From Octopus sinensis (Eukaryota): a stretch of DNA of 64,000 bases. The notes beneath the pieces are model-generated. The model did no database searches. It was not told the origin of the DNA and saw only the letters and a list, made by a program, of their open reading frames with translations. The stretch spans positions 21,390,001 to 21,454,000 of the forward strand of contig NC_043009.1 of the NCBI RefSeq assembly GCF_006345805.1. The letters run 5' to 3'. Positions 12,130-23,238 of the stretch are shown one piece after another. Position numbers and translations under genes: made by a program. Each line of letters opens with the position of its first letter. Position 1 is the stretch's first letter.

Positions 12130-13174
12130 AATAAAAATTATATATAAAGAAACAAGAACGTGAAATACACAAAGGGACGAACACAGAAAACAGACGGGTC
12201 ATTCGAAGCCTTTAATCTTCAGTCAGAAACCGGATGATCATAGCAAATTTCGGCTGATTAATTCTGATATTTGCTCCAACGCGGCCAGACCCAAGGAAAA
12301 ACTAAGCTGTGAGCATTAGATTTCTTGGAAAAAGGAACGAATGTAAACGCAACAGGGACGAATATAAATACAAAAAACGAAAGCAAAAATAAAATTAAAA
12401 CAAGAATGGTTAATAACAGGATAACAGCAAGTGTCTTGCGACTTTAGACAAAATGAGACAAATATAACTTATCTAGCAGGCGTGTTTGGAAAAAATTGCC
12501 TTTTCGGCAGAGGGGGAACGATGTTGAGCGGGCTGCGGTCACCAACGAAATGGCTTGTTAAACAGCAGGTCACAAGAGGATAGAGAGAGAGAAAGAGAGA
12601 CAGAGAGAGAAGGAATTAAAGAGGGTGGAAGACAGAGGGCGCCGAGGATTGACCAGGTCACGTGAGAATAAGAGAGAGAGAGAAAGAAGGAATTAAAGAG
12701 GATGGAAGGAAGAGACAGAGAGCGCCAAAATAGCTTAGCAAAGAAGCAATGGCGCATAGCGAAGGCGAGAAAGAGAAAGACAGAAGTGAGGTATAGAGAA
12801 AGTATTTAGAAGTCGTACAAATGGATAAAATGTAAACATACATAAGGGAACGAGGTGTACGTACGCCGCAATAATATAGGAATAAAAATTATATATAAAG
12901 AAACAAGAACTTGAAATACACAAAGGGACGAACACAGAAAACAGACGGGTCATTTGAAGCCTTTAATCTTCAGTCAGAAACCGGATCATCATAGCAAATT
13001 TCAGCTGATTAATTCTGATATTTGCTCCAACGCAGCCAGCCCCAAGGAAAAACTAAGCTGTGAGCATTAGATTTCTTGGAAAAAGGAACGAATGTAAACG
13101 CAACAGGGACGAATATAAATACAAAAAACGAAAACAAAAATAAAATTAAAACAAGAATGGTTAATAACAGGATA
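12123..13174. repeat. 301-bp direct repeats (12123-12423, 12874-13174) flanking a 450-bp non-coding core
   Basis: Offset 751 at both ends with few mismatches; no TG...CA termini. Confidence 0.9.
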
Positions 13175-13322
13175 GAGATAAAACCACTATTAGGCAAATC
13201 AAACAGTGAAAAACATAAACCAAAACATAAAAATAAAAATAATTAATATAATATACAAAATATATAAAATATAAAATTAAAAAATTAAAATTATTTAAAT
13301 TTAAATTAAAAATATTAATTTA

Positions 13323-13587
13323 CTAGCAGTATCGCCCGGCGTTGCTCGGGTTTGTAAGGGAAATAACTATATAAGCATTTTTAGAGATGTAAAGTATAAT
13401 CGCCATCTCAATATGGCTAACCACAAAGGGGGTGGGGTTACTGTAGCTAATACCCAGAAGGGCTCGATATGAATCACGACTATAAGATACCCGGTTTGGG
13501 TTAAACTGCATCGCAAAATGTGGGAGTAGTTAGGAATCTAAATCGTAGAAGACAGATAGCACACAACCTCACTTTTATATATAAAGA
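13323..13587 (-). mobile_element. Non-autonomous Helitron (family A, 265 bp)
   Basis: A^TC 5' end; subterminal hairpin CCCGAGCAACGCCGGG and CTAG^T 3' end. Confidence 0.9.
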
Positions 13588-13680
13588 TATTTATAAATTT
13601 AAAAAAATTTTTTTTTTTTATTAAATATATATAACTATCAAAAAGTATTAAAAAGTTTAATATAAAATAAAAAGTAAAAA

Positions 13681-13742
13681 CACTACGTACGTTTCATGCC
13701 CATAACCTAATTCGAATTATGGTTATAGTCAATCTTCAGGTT
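13681..13742 (-). ncRNA. Minimal type I hammerhead ribozyme core (stem I decayed)
   Basis: CUGAAGA, long stem II, GAAAC GUAC GUA; stem III sequence ACGUACGU is palindromic. Confidence 0.6.
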
Positions 13743-14585
13743 AAAGATAATAGTTAAATAAATAAGCAAATATATTTAACCCTTTCGTTACTATATTTCT
13801 GACCAAAATACTATGTGTTTCAATTAATTTCTAACATAATCATAAATTTAGTCTGGTTTCTTTAAACAACTATAACTTTTTTATTTATCAATATATTAAT
13901 GTGATTTTTGGACGATAATTTAATGAAATGTTCTCAACCAATTCTATACTATAAGGGTTAAACAATATTTTTTAAGAAATAAATAAAATAAAAATGTTTC
14001 TTATAAAAAAATCTATTATCAAACTAGAAACTTTAACGATTATGATTATGTCATACAATCCAATTATAATGTTAAATATTAATTTTTAAGGTAAGAATAG
14101 ATAGAAATGTATTTATCTATTCAAATATAATATGGCTTTAAAAAAACATAATAAACTCACGAATAACCTAATCTCAGTTATAGTCAATATCTAATTACCT
14201 AATTATTTAACAAAAAAATAATCACTATTCATATTATTAAGTTAAAGTTCAAATCAAATAATTATAAAATATTTGAATAGTAACTAAATTATCAATAAAT
14301 ATATATAAATATAAGAATTAAGATCTAAAATTATCTCTGTCAATAAATATATATATGTATAATAAAAAACTAAATGAATTAATTATTCATTATTACTTAT
14401 GAAATATATTAAAAATTAAAAGATTAAAGATGAAAAAGCAAATTGTAAACAAATAAAGTATCTTAAAAAAACCCTATAACTATTTAACGATCCATATATC
14501 TCGTTGGCTAATTAATAACTTACAAAAACCATATAGTTAAGAACTAATAATGAAATAATGAAATACATATCTTCAACAACTAAAT

Positions 14586-14804
14586 CAGTGCTTTTCAACC
14601 TTTTTGCTGGAGCAGAACCCCAAGAAAACATTTCACTGGCTCGAGGAACCCCTGTGCAATAATTTAATTGTCTTATGCACACATATCTGCACAGGAGAAT
14701 TAAAAATTACTGTCGATTTTAGCATTTTTGTAACTTCTTGCGGAACCCCTGGACTGTACTGGTGGGACCCTAAGGTTCCATGGAACCCTGGTTGAAAACC
14801 ACTG
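14586..14804. mobile_element. hAT-type MITE, 219 bp
   Basis: TIRs CAGTGCTTTTCAACC / GGTTGAAAACCACTG; perfect 8-bp TSD AACTAAAT (14578-14585, 14805-14812). Confidence 0.95.
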
Positions 14805-15519
14805 AACTAAATACTTATACAATGAAATTATCAATCTGTTGTTATATAGTATCCAATAAATACTACGAATATATTTATCAATGAAAATAGCTATATATAA
14901 GCTATAATAAAACAAAGTCAACTAAAAAAATCTCCCAAAATTCACGGAATTAAAATTACACTTCGATCGTTGTACAAAACTGTAGATGAACTGTTTACGA
15001 AGTATAATCACGTGTTTTCACGAATGTACTAAAGAGATTTGCTCTGATATTCTCATTTAAATATGAATAGGTAAATACGGGCGGGTTTGGGCAGTTTGGT
15101 CACATTAACCAAAACTTTTTTCAGGCGGCTTTGGGCGGTCAGTAGAGATCTTTGACCAGAAAAGGTCTGCATCTCTTTGATCTATTAATGTATACTGTGG
15201 AGCATACATATATAAACACACACACACATACATACAGGTATGTGTGAGTGTGTATGGAAAGTAACAAATAGGTTTAAAGATAGAGGCAGGAAGTGAGCAT
15301 ATTTATTAGATTTGGTTAAGAAAGAATGATAGCTGTGATGAAACAATAAAATCAGGAAGATTTTGCTATTCCTTTTAGATTGCATAGGAAGGTTGTTGGA
15401 GTAACATTCACATGGTTGTACGCCAATGTTTATTTGTCTCTTCCTCCATTATCATAAAAGTATGTTTGTATGCCTTTGTCAATAATAAATTTATTCATTC
15501 CTAAATGTTATTTTTCCAG

Positions 15520-15589
15520 AACAATTGAATGGGATGATCCTCAGTATTCTATAGCAATATCATCAACTACTATTACGACATTTTCACAG
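15520..15589 (+). CDS. DCAF17: DCAF17 exon (1 nt carried over): TIEWDDPQYSIAISSTTITTFSQ
   Basis: tttttccag acceptor and cag|gtatgt donor; resembles human YLSWDTPQEVIAVKS. Confidence 0.85.
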
Positions 15590-16284
15590 GTATGTATTGA
15601 TATTTAAATAATTATGATGGTTCTTACTCTTCCACTTTTTTTAAGTCATTAGGCGCAGCCATAGTGGTGGGGAAATAGCTGGTAAGATCTTTTTTGGTCA
15701 AATTCTTTTTGAGTTCCATAATTCTTTGATTTTCTTTGTTGAACAACTAATTTATGGGACATAATAAACGTAGACACGATATACATACGTACACATGTAT
15801 GTAATTTCTATCTTACATCCACTTTCCATGCCGGCAAGAGATGGATGAATGGTGAAGGTAACTGATACCAAAAGACAGGGAGGGAGTGTGGAAGGCACAT
15901 GCAATTTCATTGCATCTCTTAAGCATATTATGCCTCCAGGTAAGTGCGAGAGTGATAAGAATGAGAGAGGGAGGTAATCACATCAGGAACATTGTACAAT
16001 GACATATTGAGAAGGGGCAAGGATGAAGATAGTCATCATGGTCCCTTCCTCCTGGAGAACTTTCAGATTGGAAAATGATGGAAAAGCTCCAAAAGGCCTT
16101 GAGCCAGCTTGTTTGGGATAATCTCTACAGGAATGGCTGTCTATGCCTTTCCCTTAAATGCTAATCTTAGAAATCATTATACTACTACTGCTGCTGCTAC
16201 TGCTGCTACTACTACTACTACTACTGCTGCTGCTACTGCTGCCACCACCACCATCACCTATTTTTATACTGTTTTCTGTTGTAG

Positions 16285-16374
16285 CCTGACCAAAACAGAA
16301 CACTTTGTAAAGCCATTGCTCTGTTCAGTGTTGCCCCACTCAAATTTATTGGCATGTTCACCTTAGACTCCAAG
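16285..16374 (+). CDS. DCAF17: DCAF17 exon: PDQNRTLCKAIALFSVAPLKFIGMFTLDSK
   Basis: ttttctgttgtag acceptor and aag|gtatgt donor; 90 nt, phase 0/0; resembles human LAVFRVLPFSLVGILEINKK. Confidence 0.88.
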
Positions 16375-16403
16375 GTATGTTGAATATCACAATTATCTTG
16401 ATA

Positions 16404-16672
16404 TCTCTTATTATAAAAGGCAGATTTTATCTGCCTCCCTTTGGGAGTTATACAAATCTACAATATAGGATTTCTTCAATTACAATTTACCTTGCATTTT
16501 TAAGAGTACAATGCATCGCGTCATGCCAGGTCCAGTTTTTAAAATTTAAACTCCAATTAAGCAAAATTTACAGAAAACTCACATTCTGGTGTGTGTGTCA
16601 AATGCTTTTCTTAGTCTGGTTTACACCACACGCAAACGCACACACACAGTGGGCAACGAATAAAATGAAAGT
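16404..16672 (+). mobile_element. Helitron-like 5' segment (also at 20312 and 20883)
   Basis: A^TC start with hairpin GGCAGAT-TTT-ATCTGCC; no clear hairpin/CTAG-T 3' end. Confidence 0.45.
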
Positions 16673-16985
16673 AATTGACTTACTGTAGTGAGTGATTCTT
16701 TCACTCTGCCTCCCACTTCCTCTTTCCACACATAGACACGCAAATATATAAATAAAATTGTAAGCTAACGTGCGTGTGTGTGAGTGGGTGTGTGTGGGTG
16801 TGCGCGTGTGTGTGTGTGTGTGTGTGCGTGTGCGTGAGTGTGTGACAGGAAAGTTTTTTACGACGAATATAACACCTATATCCAAGTAGCAGAAAGATAA
16901 GACAGTAAGGTGTGATTTGAGGGAGATTTGGCTGCTATTTCTACCATGTCTAGCTGCCATGTAGGGGTCTCCCTCATAGGCTCAG

Positions 16986-17863
16986 ACCGGTCCACTTGTG
17001 AAGACCGGTTGAGGCAAGTGAAAATCAAATCAAATCAAATCAAAATAGACAAAATAGATGAACATCAATGGAATTTGTATCTTGTGGTACCAGTGCCTGT
17101 GGCACACAAGAAATCCATCAGTGCCGTAGTCAGTGCGGTGGGCACATGACAAACACCATCCGATCGTGGCCGTTCGCCAGCCTCATCTAGCACCTGTGTC
17201 GGTGGCACATAAAAACACCATCCGAAGACCCGGCAAGACTAGTCAGGCCATAACCCATGGCCCCTACCTGGGACGTAGTCAGTCCACCTGTGCATACCTT
17301 CCTTCTTGTGACACTTGTGAAGACCTGTTGAGGCAAGTGAAAATCAAATCAAATCAAATCAAAACAAATCAAAATAGATGAACATCAATGGAATTTGTAT
17401 CTTGTGGTACCAGTGCCGGTGGCACGTGGCATATAAGAAAACCATCCGAACGTGGCCGTAGCCAGTACCGCATCGACTGGCCTCCGTGCTGTGGGCACGT
17501 AACAAGCACCATCTGATCGTGGCCGTTTGCCAGCCTCATCTGGCACCTGTGTCGGTGGCACATAAAAACACCATCCGAGCGTGGCCGTCTGCCAGCCTCG
17601 TCTGGCACCTGTGTCGGTGGCACATAAAAACACCATCCGAGCGTGGCCGTCTGCCAGCCTCGTCTGGCACCTGTGTCGGTGGCACATAAAATCACCCACT
17701 ACACTCTCGGAGTGGTTGGCGTTAGGAAGGGCATCCAGCTGTAGAAACACTGCCAGATCTGACTGGACTGGTGCAGCTTTCGGGCTCCCCAGACCCCAGT
17801 TGAACCGTCCAACCCATGCTAGCATGGAAAGCGGACGTTAAATGATGATGATGATGATGATGA
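16986..17863 (+). mobile_element. Two tandem RTE 3'-end fragments
   Basis: ACTTGTGAAGACC.GTTGAGGCAAGTGAAAATC occurs twice; hairpin modules with a 62-bp period; (ATG)n tail. Confidence 0.9.
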
Positions 17864-18470
17864 TAGATAAGACAGTAAGGTGTGATTTGGGGGAAATTTG
17901 GCTGCTATTTCTACCAGGTCTAGCTGCCATGTAGGGGTCTCCCTCATAGGCTCATACATACATATATACATAGATAAGACAGTAAGGTGTGATTTGGGGG
18001 AAATTTGGCTGCTATTTCTACCAGGTCTAGCTGCCATGTAGGGGTCTCCCTCATAGGCTCATACATACATATATACATAGATAAGACAGTAAGGTGTGAT
18101 TTGGGGGAAATTTGGCTGCTATTTCTACCAGGTCTAGCTACCATGTAGAGGTCCCCCTCATTGGCTCATATATATATATATACATACTTATGTATGTATA
18201 TATATATGAGCCAATGAGGGGGACCTGGAAATTTGGCTGCTATTTCTACCAGGTCTAGCTGCCATGTAGGGGTCTCCCTCATAGGCTCATACATACATAT
18301 ATACATAGATAAGACAGTAAGGTGTGATTTGGGGGAAATTTGGCTGCTATTTCTACCAGGTCTAGCTGCCATGTGGGGGTCTCCCTCATAGGCTCATACA
18401 TACATATATACATAGATAAGACAGTAAGGTGTGATTTGAGGGAGATTTGGCTGCTGTTTCTACCAGGTCT
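17864..18470. repeat. 107-bp minisatellite with an internal palindrome
   Basis: Unit starts at 17864, 17971, 18078, 18306 and 18413; inverted segment at 18149-18226. Confidence 0.92.
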
Positions 18471-18839
18471 GTTAGGCCTTCTCATGTAAACTCAAGCTTT
18501 CTCATGCCTTGAACATAAGACCAAAGCAGAGAATGTATTCTTTTATTCTTCTGCTTTTTCCAGCCATTGGTCTGTGGCCATGCTGGGGCAATGCCTTGAA
18601 GAATTGTAGTTTAATGAATCAACTCGTTTTATTTTTGTAAGCATTGTACTTATTCTATCTGTTTCCTTTGTCAAACCACTAGGTGACAGGGATGTAAACA
18701 AACCAACATTCGTTGTCAAGCAGTGGTGGAGGACAATCACAAGCACAGACACGCACACACACACACACATACATGCATACACATATACACACATACATAT
18801 ATACATACATACATATATATATATGTGTGTATATATATA

Positions 18840-19098
18840 TTGCAGCGTGGAAGGTGTTTGTAAGCCATTTAAGAAACACACAAAAACCGTTACATTCACT
18901 TCAACATTTAAATTTAATTTGCCAAAATATTTTCGTCGCTTTGAGACCGCGACCTGTTCACTGACAAAAATATCGTGCTAACAGGTCGCGGTCTCAAAGC
19001 AAGGAAAATATTTTGACAAATTAAATTTAAATGTTGAAGTGAATCTAACGGTTTTTGTGTGTTTCTTAAATGGCTTATAAACACCTTCAACGCTGCAA
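18840..19098. repeat. Fold-back: about 119-bp arms (18840-18958 / 18980-19098) with a 21-nt spacer; probable Penelope-like terminal repeat
   Basis: Near-perfect reverse complementarity; a single-arm copy also lies at about 59063-59187. Confidence 0.88.
18918..18968 (-). ncRNA. Minimal type I hammerhead ribozyme, G3/C8 core variant
   Basis: UUUGUCA-GUGAACA-G-GUCGC-GGUCUCAAA-GCGAC-GAA-AAUAUU-U-UGGCAAA: 7-bp stem I, 5-bp stem II, palindromic stem III. Confidence 0.65.
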
Positions 19099-19260
19099 CT
19101 GTTTTCGTTCCAGCACACGATCTCAGATCAAGTCACTTGCTATGCAAGTACATCTCTGTAACTATATATATATTTATATATATATATATATGTATATTGG
19201 TAAAAACAGTAAGATAACAAAAGAAAGAAAGAGACCTCAATATTATGTAAATAGAGGAAA

Positions 19261-19654
19261 TCTTTATATATAAAAGTGAGGTTGTGTGTGTGTCTCCTAC
19301 GATTTAGATTCCTAACTACTCCCACATTTTGCGGTGCAGTTTAACCAAAACCGGGTATCTTATAGTCGTGATTCATGTCGAGACCGTCTGGGTATTAGCG
19401 CGTGTCTACAATGAGTCTACGATTTAAAAAAAAATTTACCATCAATTTTTCCCATTTTTAATCCATTTTTGACATATATAAGGGAAGTAACTCTCTAAAA
19501 TTTATTATTAAATCTCAGAACGTAAAAAGCTACAGTAACACCCTCCCCCTTTGTGGTTAGCCATATTGAGATGGCTATTATACTTTACATCTCTAAAAAT
19601 GCTTATATAATTATTTCCCTTACAAACCCGAGCAACGCCGGGCGATACTGCTAG
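19261..19654 (+). mobile_element. Non-autonomous Helitron (family A, 394 bp)
   Basis: A^TCTTTATATATAAAAG ... CCCGAGCAACGCCGGGCGATACTGCTAG^T. Confidence 0.92.
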
Positions 19655-20311
19655 TATATATATATATGTGTGTGTGTACACACATGTAAACACATAGGTG
19701 TAGAACAAGGTAGAGAAAACAGTTCTTGAATATCAAAAGTAAAATGAAGTAAAATATATTTTAATGTAGCTGAAAAACTTCACAAACTATTATTCAGAGT
19801 TTCACATAACCAGTCCTCAGAAACTAGTAAGCATTTGGAACAGTACATTGGATTATAAATGTTATAAATGGTGCTGTGAGAATGATTTGATAATTCATCA
19901 AATAAACGTTGTACTGTTCCAAATGTTCTCTTTTATCTGGTGGTTGGTGATGTGAAACCGAATAGTTTGTGAAATAAATGTTTCAGCCTCAGTTCCACTA
20001 ATTATTTCTGAAATTGAGAAACTAAATAGAAAAGGGCTGCATAGAAAGCAATAATCCCAATGGACCCTGATTCTGCTGTTACATGTTCTCACTGTAACCA
20101 TAGATTTTATGACAGTATTGGTTTAGTAAGCCGCTCTAAGAACTGCAAAGCGTATATAAAGCTGCTAATTTGGTATTTGCTCATTTTCAGAGACCTGCAG
20201 AACATACATACATATATGCATGCTTGCATATACACTTCTTTCTGAAGCATAAATATATTGAGTTCTATTAGCAGGTTATTAGTATCATCACAATGCCTAA
20301 GTAAAAATAAA

Positions 20312-20793
20312 TCTCTTATTATAAAAGGCAGATTTTATCTGCCTCCCTTTGGGAGTTATAGAAATCTACAATATAGTATTTCTTCAATTACAATTTACCT
20401 AGCATTTTTAAGAGTACAATGCATCGCGTCATGCCAGGTCCAGTTTTTAAAATTTAAATTCCAATTAAGCAAAATTTACAGAAAACTCACATTCTGGTGT
20501 GTGTGTCAAATGCTTTTCTTAGTCTGGTTTACACCACACGCAAACGCACACACACACTGTGTAACGAATAAAGTGAAACTAGATGTAATATTTGTTTCTG
20601 TCTATCATGCTGATAGATACATGAGTAAAATGTATGGGAAGCTAACAAATAAGAGTGAGTGAAAATGTTCTTGGAAGACAGTAAATAGCGAGACAGAGTG
20701 ATTTGAGGAAGACTTTACATTAAATAACCGTAGTGGCTTGTGTTAGTAATAAAATAAACATACACTCATACATACATACATACATGCATACAT

Positions 20794-20826
<33 letters not shown>

Positions 20827-21340
20827 TACACACACACATACAGACATACACACACACATACATACATACACACATACATACATCTCTTATTATAAAAGGC
20901 AGATTTTATCTGCCTCCCTTTGGGAGTTATAGAAATCTACAATATAGGATTTCTTCAATTACAATTTACCTAGCATTTTTAAGAGTACAATGCATCGCGT
21001 CATGCCAGGTCCACTTTTTAAAATTTAAACTCCAATTAAGCAAAATTTACAGAAAACTCACATTCTGGTGTGTGTGTCAAATGCTTTTCTTAGTCTGGTT
21101 TACACCACACGCAAACGCACACACACACTGTGTAACGAATAAAGTGAAACTAGATGTAATATTTGTTTCTGTCTATCACGCTGATAGATACATGAGTAAA
21201 ATGTATGGGAAGCTAACAAATAAGAGTGAGTGAAAATGTTCTTGGAAGACAGTAAATAGCGAGACAGAGTGATTTGAGGAAGACTTTACATTAAATAACT
21301 GTAGTGGCTTGTGTTAGTAATAAAGTAAACATACACTCAT
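20312..21340 (+). repeat. 571-bp tandem duplication
   Basis: Units start at 20312 and 20883; nearly identical and each ends in a (CATA)n tract. Confidence 0.9.
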
Positions 21341-21572
21341 ACATACATACATACATACATACATACATACATACATACATACATACATACACACACATAC
21401 ACACACACATACAGACATACACACACATACATACATACACACATACATACATACATACATATACATACATACATACATATACATACATACATACACACAC
21501 ACACACATACATACATACATACACACACACATACATACATATATACATACATACATATATACATACATACAT

Positions 21573-21603
<31 letters not shown>

Positions 21604-21684
21604 TACACACACACATACAGACATACACACACATACATACATACACACATACATACATACATATACATACATACATACATACAT

Positions 21685-21722
<38 letters not shown>

Positions 21723-21755
21723 ACATACATACACACACACATACACACACACACA
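21339..21755. repeat. Compound (CATA)n/(CA)n microsatellite
   Basis: About 420 bp of low-complexity sequence. Confidence 0.97.
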
Positions 21756-21992
21756 GTATTGAAGCTTGAGAACAATCAGATACATTTGCAACACATCTGT
21801 TGAAAATATTATTGTTCACACACATACATATACATATATACATACAGACAGACAGACAGATAGACACACACACACACACATGATCCAGCATGGCCACAAC
21901 CTCAAGGCTGAAACATATAAAAGAATAACAGAATATAAATGTGTTCATGTGTGTGTATATGTATGTATGTATGTATGTATGTATATATATAT

Positions 21993-22585
21993 AATAATGC
22001 GGTTTTTTCAACAGCTTGAACTAAATGTCAGAGGGGAATGGGATAAACTACTTATATTAACTTGCTATAAAAGCAGGTAGTAATTTTATCTTGTCCTTAT
22101 TCATAGTGCAAGTTTTGAAGAGTGCATTTCGATTTTAACAGCTATTTTTTTCAAAGCTATGTTGGAAGTAACAAAGGAGCATATTTGGCATATTTTGCTT
22201 TATGAGTTCAATAAAGACAACAACGCAACGGAAAGTACAAGAAATATTAATGCAGTATATGGGGATTGGACAATAAGCGTAAGGCAGTGTCAATGGTGGT
22301 TCCAGAAATTCCGAGCCATAAACTACAGCCTAGAAGACGAGCCTCATCCTGAAAGATCTGTAGAACTCGACAAGGACATCCTGAAAACCTTGGTGGAACA
22401 AAATCTCATCGTAACTGTTGAGGAACTAGCAGAGAAGCTTGGATTTGGTCATTCAACCATTCATTGAGACCTGTGTGCTATCGGAAAAGTCAGCAAATTG
22501 GGTCAATGGGTTCCTCACGAACTTTCTGAGTCTAATTGCATGCAGAGAGTGAATGTATGCTTTTCTTTGCTGTCACATCTCACCA
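21993..22585 (+). mobile_element. Mariner 5' fragment (N-terminal HTH)
   Basis: ORF 22159-22467 MLEVTKEHIWHILLYEF...; ends just before a Helitron. Confidence 0.88.
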
Positions 22586-22602
22586 CTACTGCACTATGTA
22601 TA

Positions 22603-23238
22603 TCTATATATATAAAACTGTAGTTGTGTGAGTGTCTGTCCCCTTCGATTTAGATTCCTAACTACTCCCACATTTTGCGGTGCAGTTTAACCAAATTCGG
22701 GTAGCTTATAGTCATGATTCATATCGAGCCCGTCTGAGTATTAGCGCGCATCTACGATGAGTCTACGATTTTAAAAATAATTTAACATCATTTTTTATTC
22801 CATTTTAATGCATAATTTTTCGTGTGTCGATGGCGGCGGAGTTGGCGTCCACGCTCACACCTGCACCTGTGGGGAAGGGAGTGTAAGGAAATCAACGTCG
22901 TAATGCGTTGTCAAGGAGACCAGCGTTCTTTTAGAACAACGACTTCATGGCTTGAAGACACCAAAACAGAAATGGCTAAGAAAGCGTCTACATGAGTCTA
23001 CGATTTAAAAAAAAATTTACCATCGTTTTTTTCCATTTTAATGCATTTTTTCGCTATTATATAAGGTAAGTAACTCTCTAAAAATGTCTACGATGAGTCA
23101 ACGATTTAAAAAAAAATTTACCATCATATTTTTTCCATTTTTAATGCATTTTTTGCTATTTTTTGACTATAACTCTCTAAAAATGCTTATATAGTTATTT
23201 CCCTTACAAACCCGAGCAATGCCGGGCGATACTGCTAG
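22603..23238 (+). mobile_element. Non-autonomous Helitron (family A, 636 bp)
   Basis: A^TC start; same 3' hairpin and CTAG^T; internal segment repeated three times. Confidence 0.9.

Noticed and set aside
12190-12235. CTGAAGA on the - strand of the 301-bp repeat as a hammerhead
   Set aside because: There is no GAAA (it reads GAAT/AAAT) and no consistent stems I-III.
1-15519. Search for DCAF17 exons 1-4 (for example the TIDNETGEVL stretch near 1225 and the AG..GT segment at 15379-15460)
   Set aside because: Candidates have in-frame stops, or lack a usable donor, the required phase or homology; the exons are probably upstream of the window.
21291-22080. Long ORFs rich in HTYI / VCMY
   Set aside because: They are translations of (CATA)n/(CA)n microsatellite.
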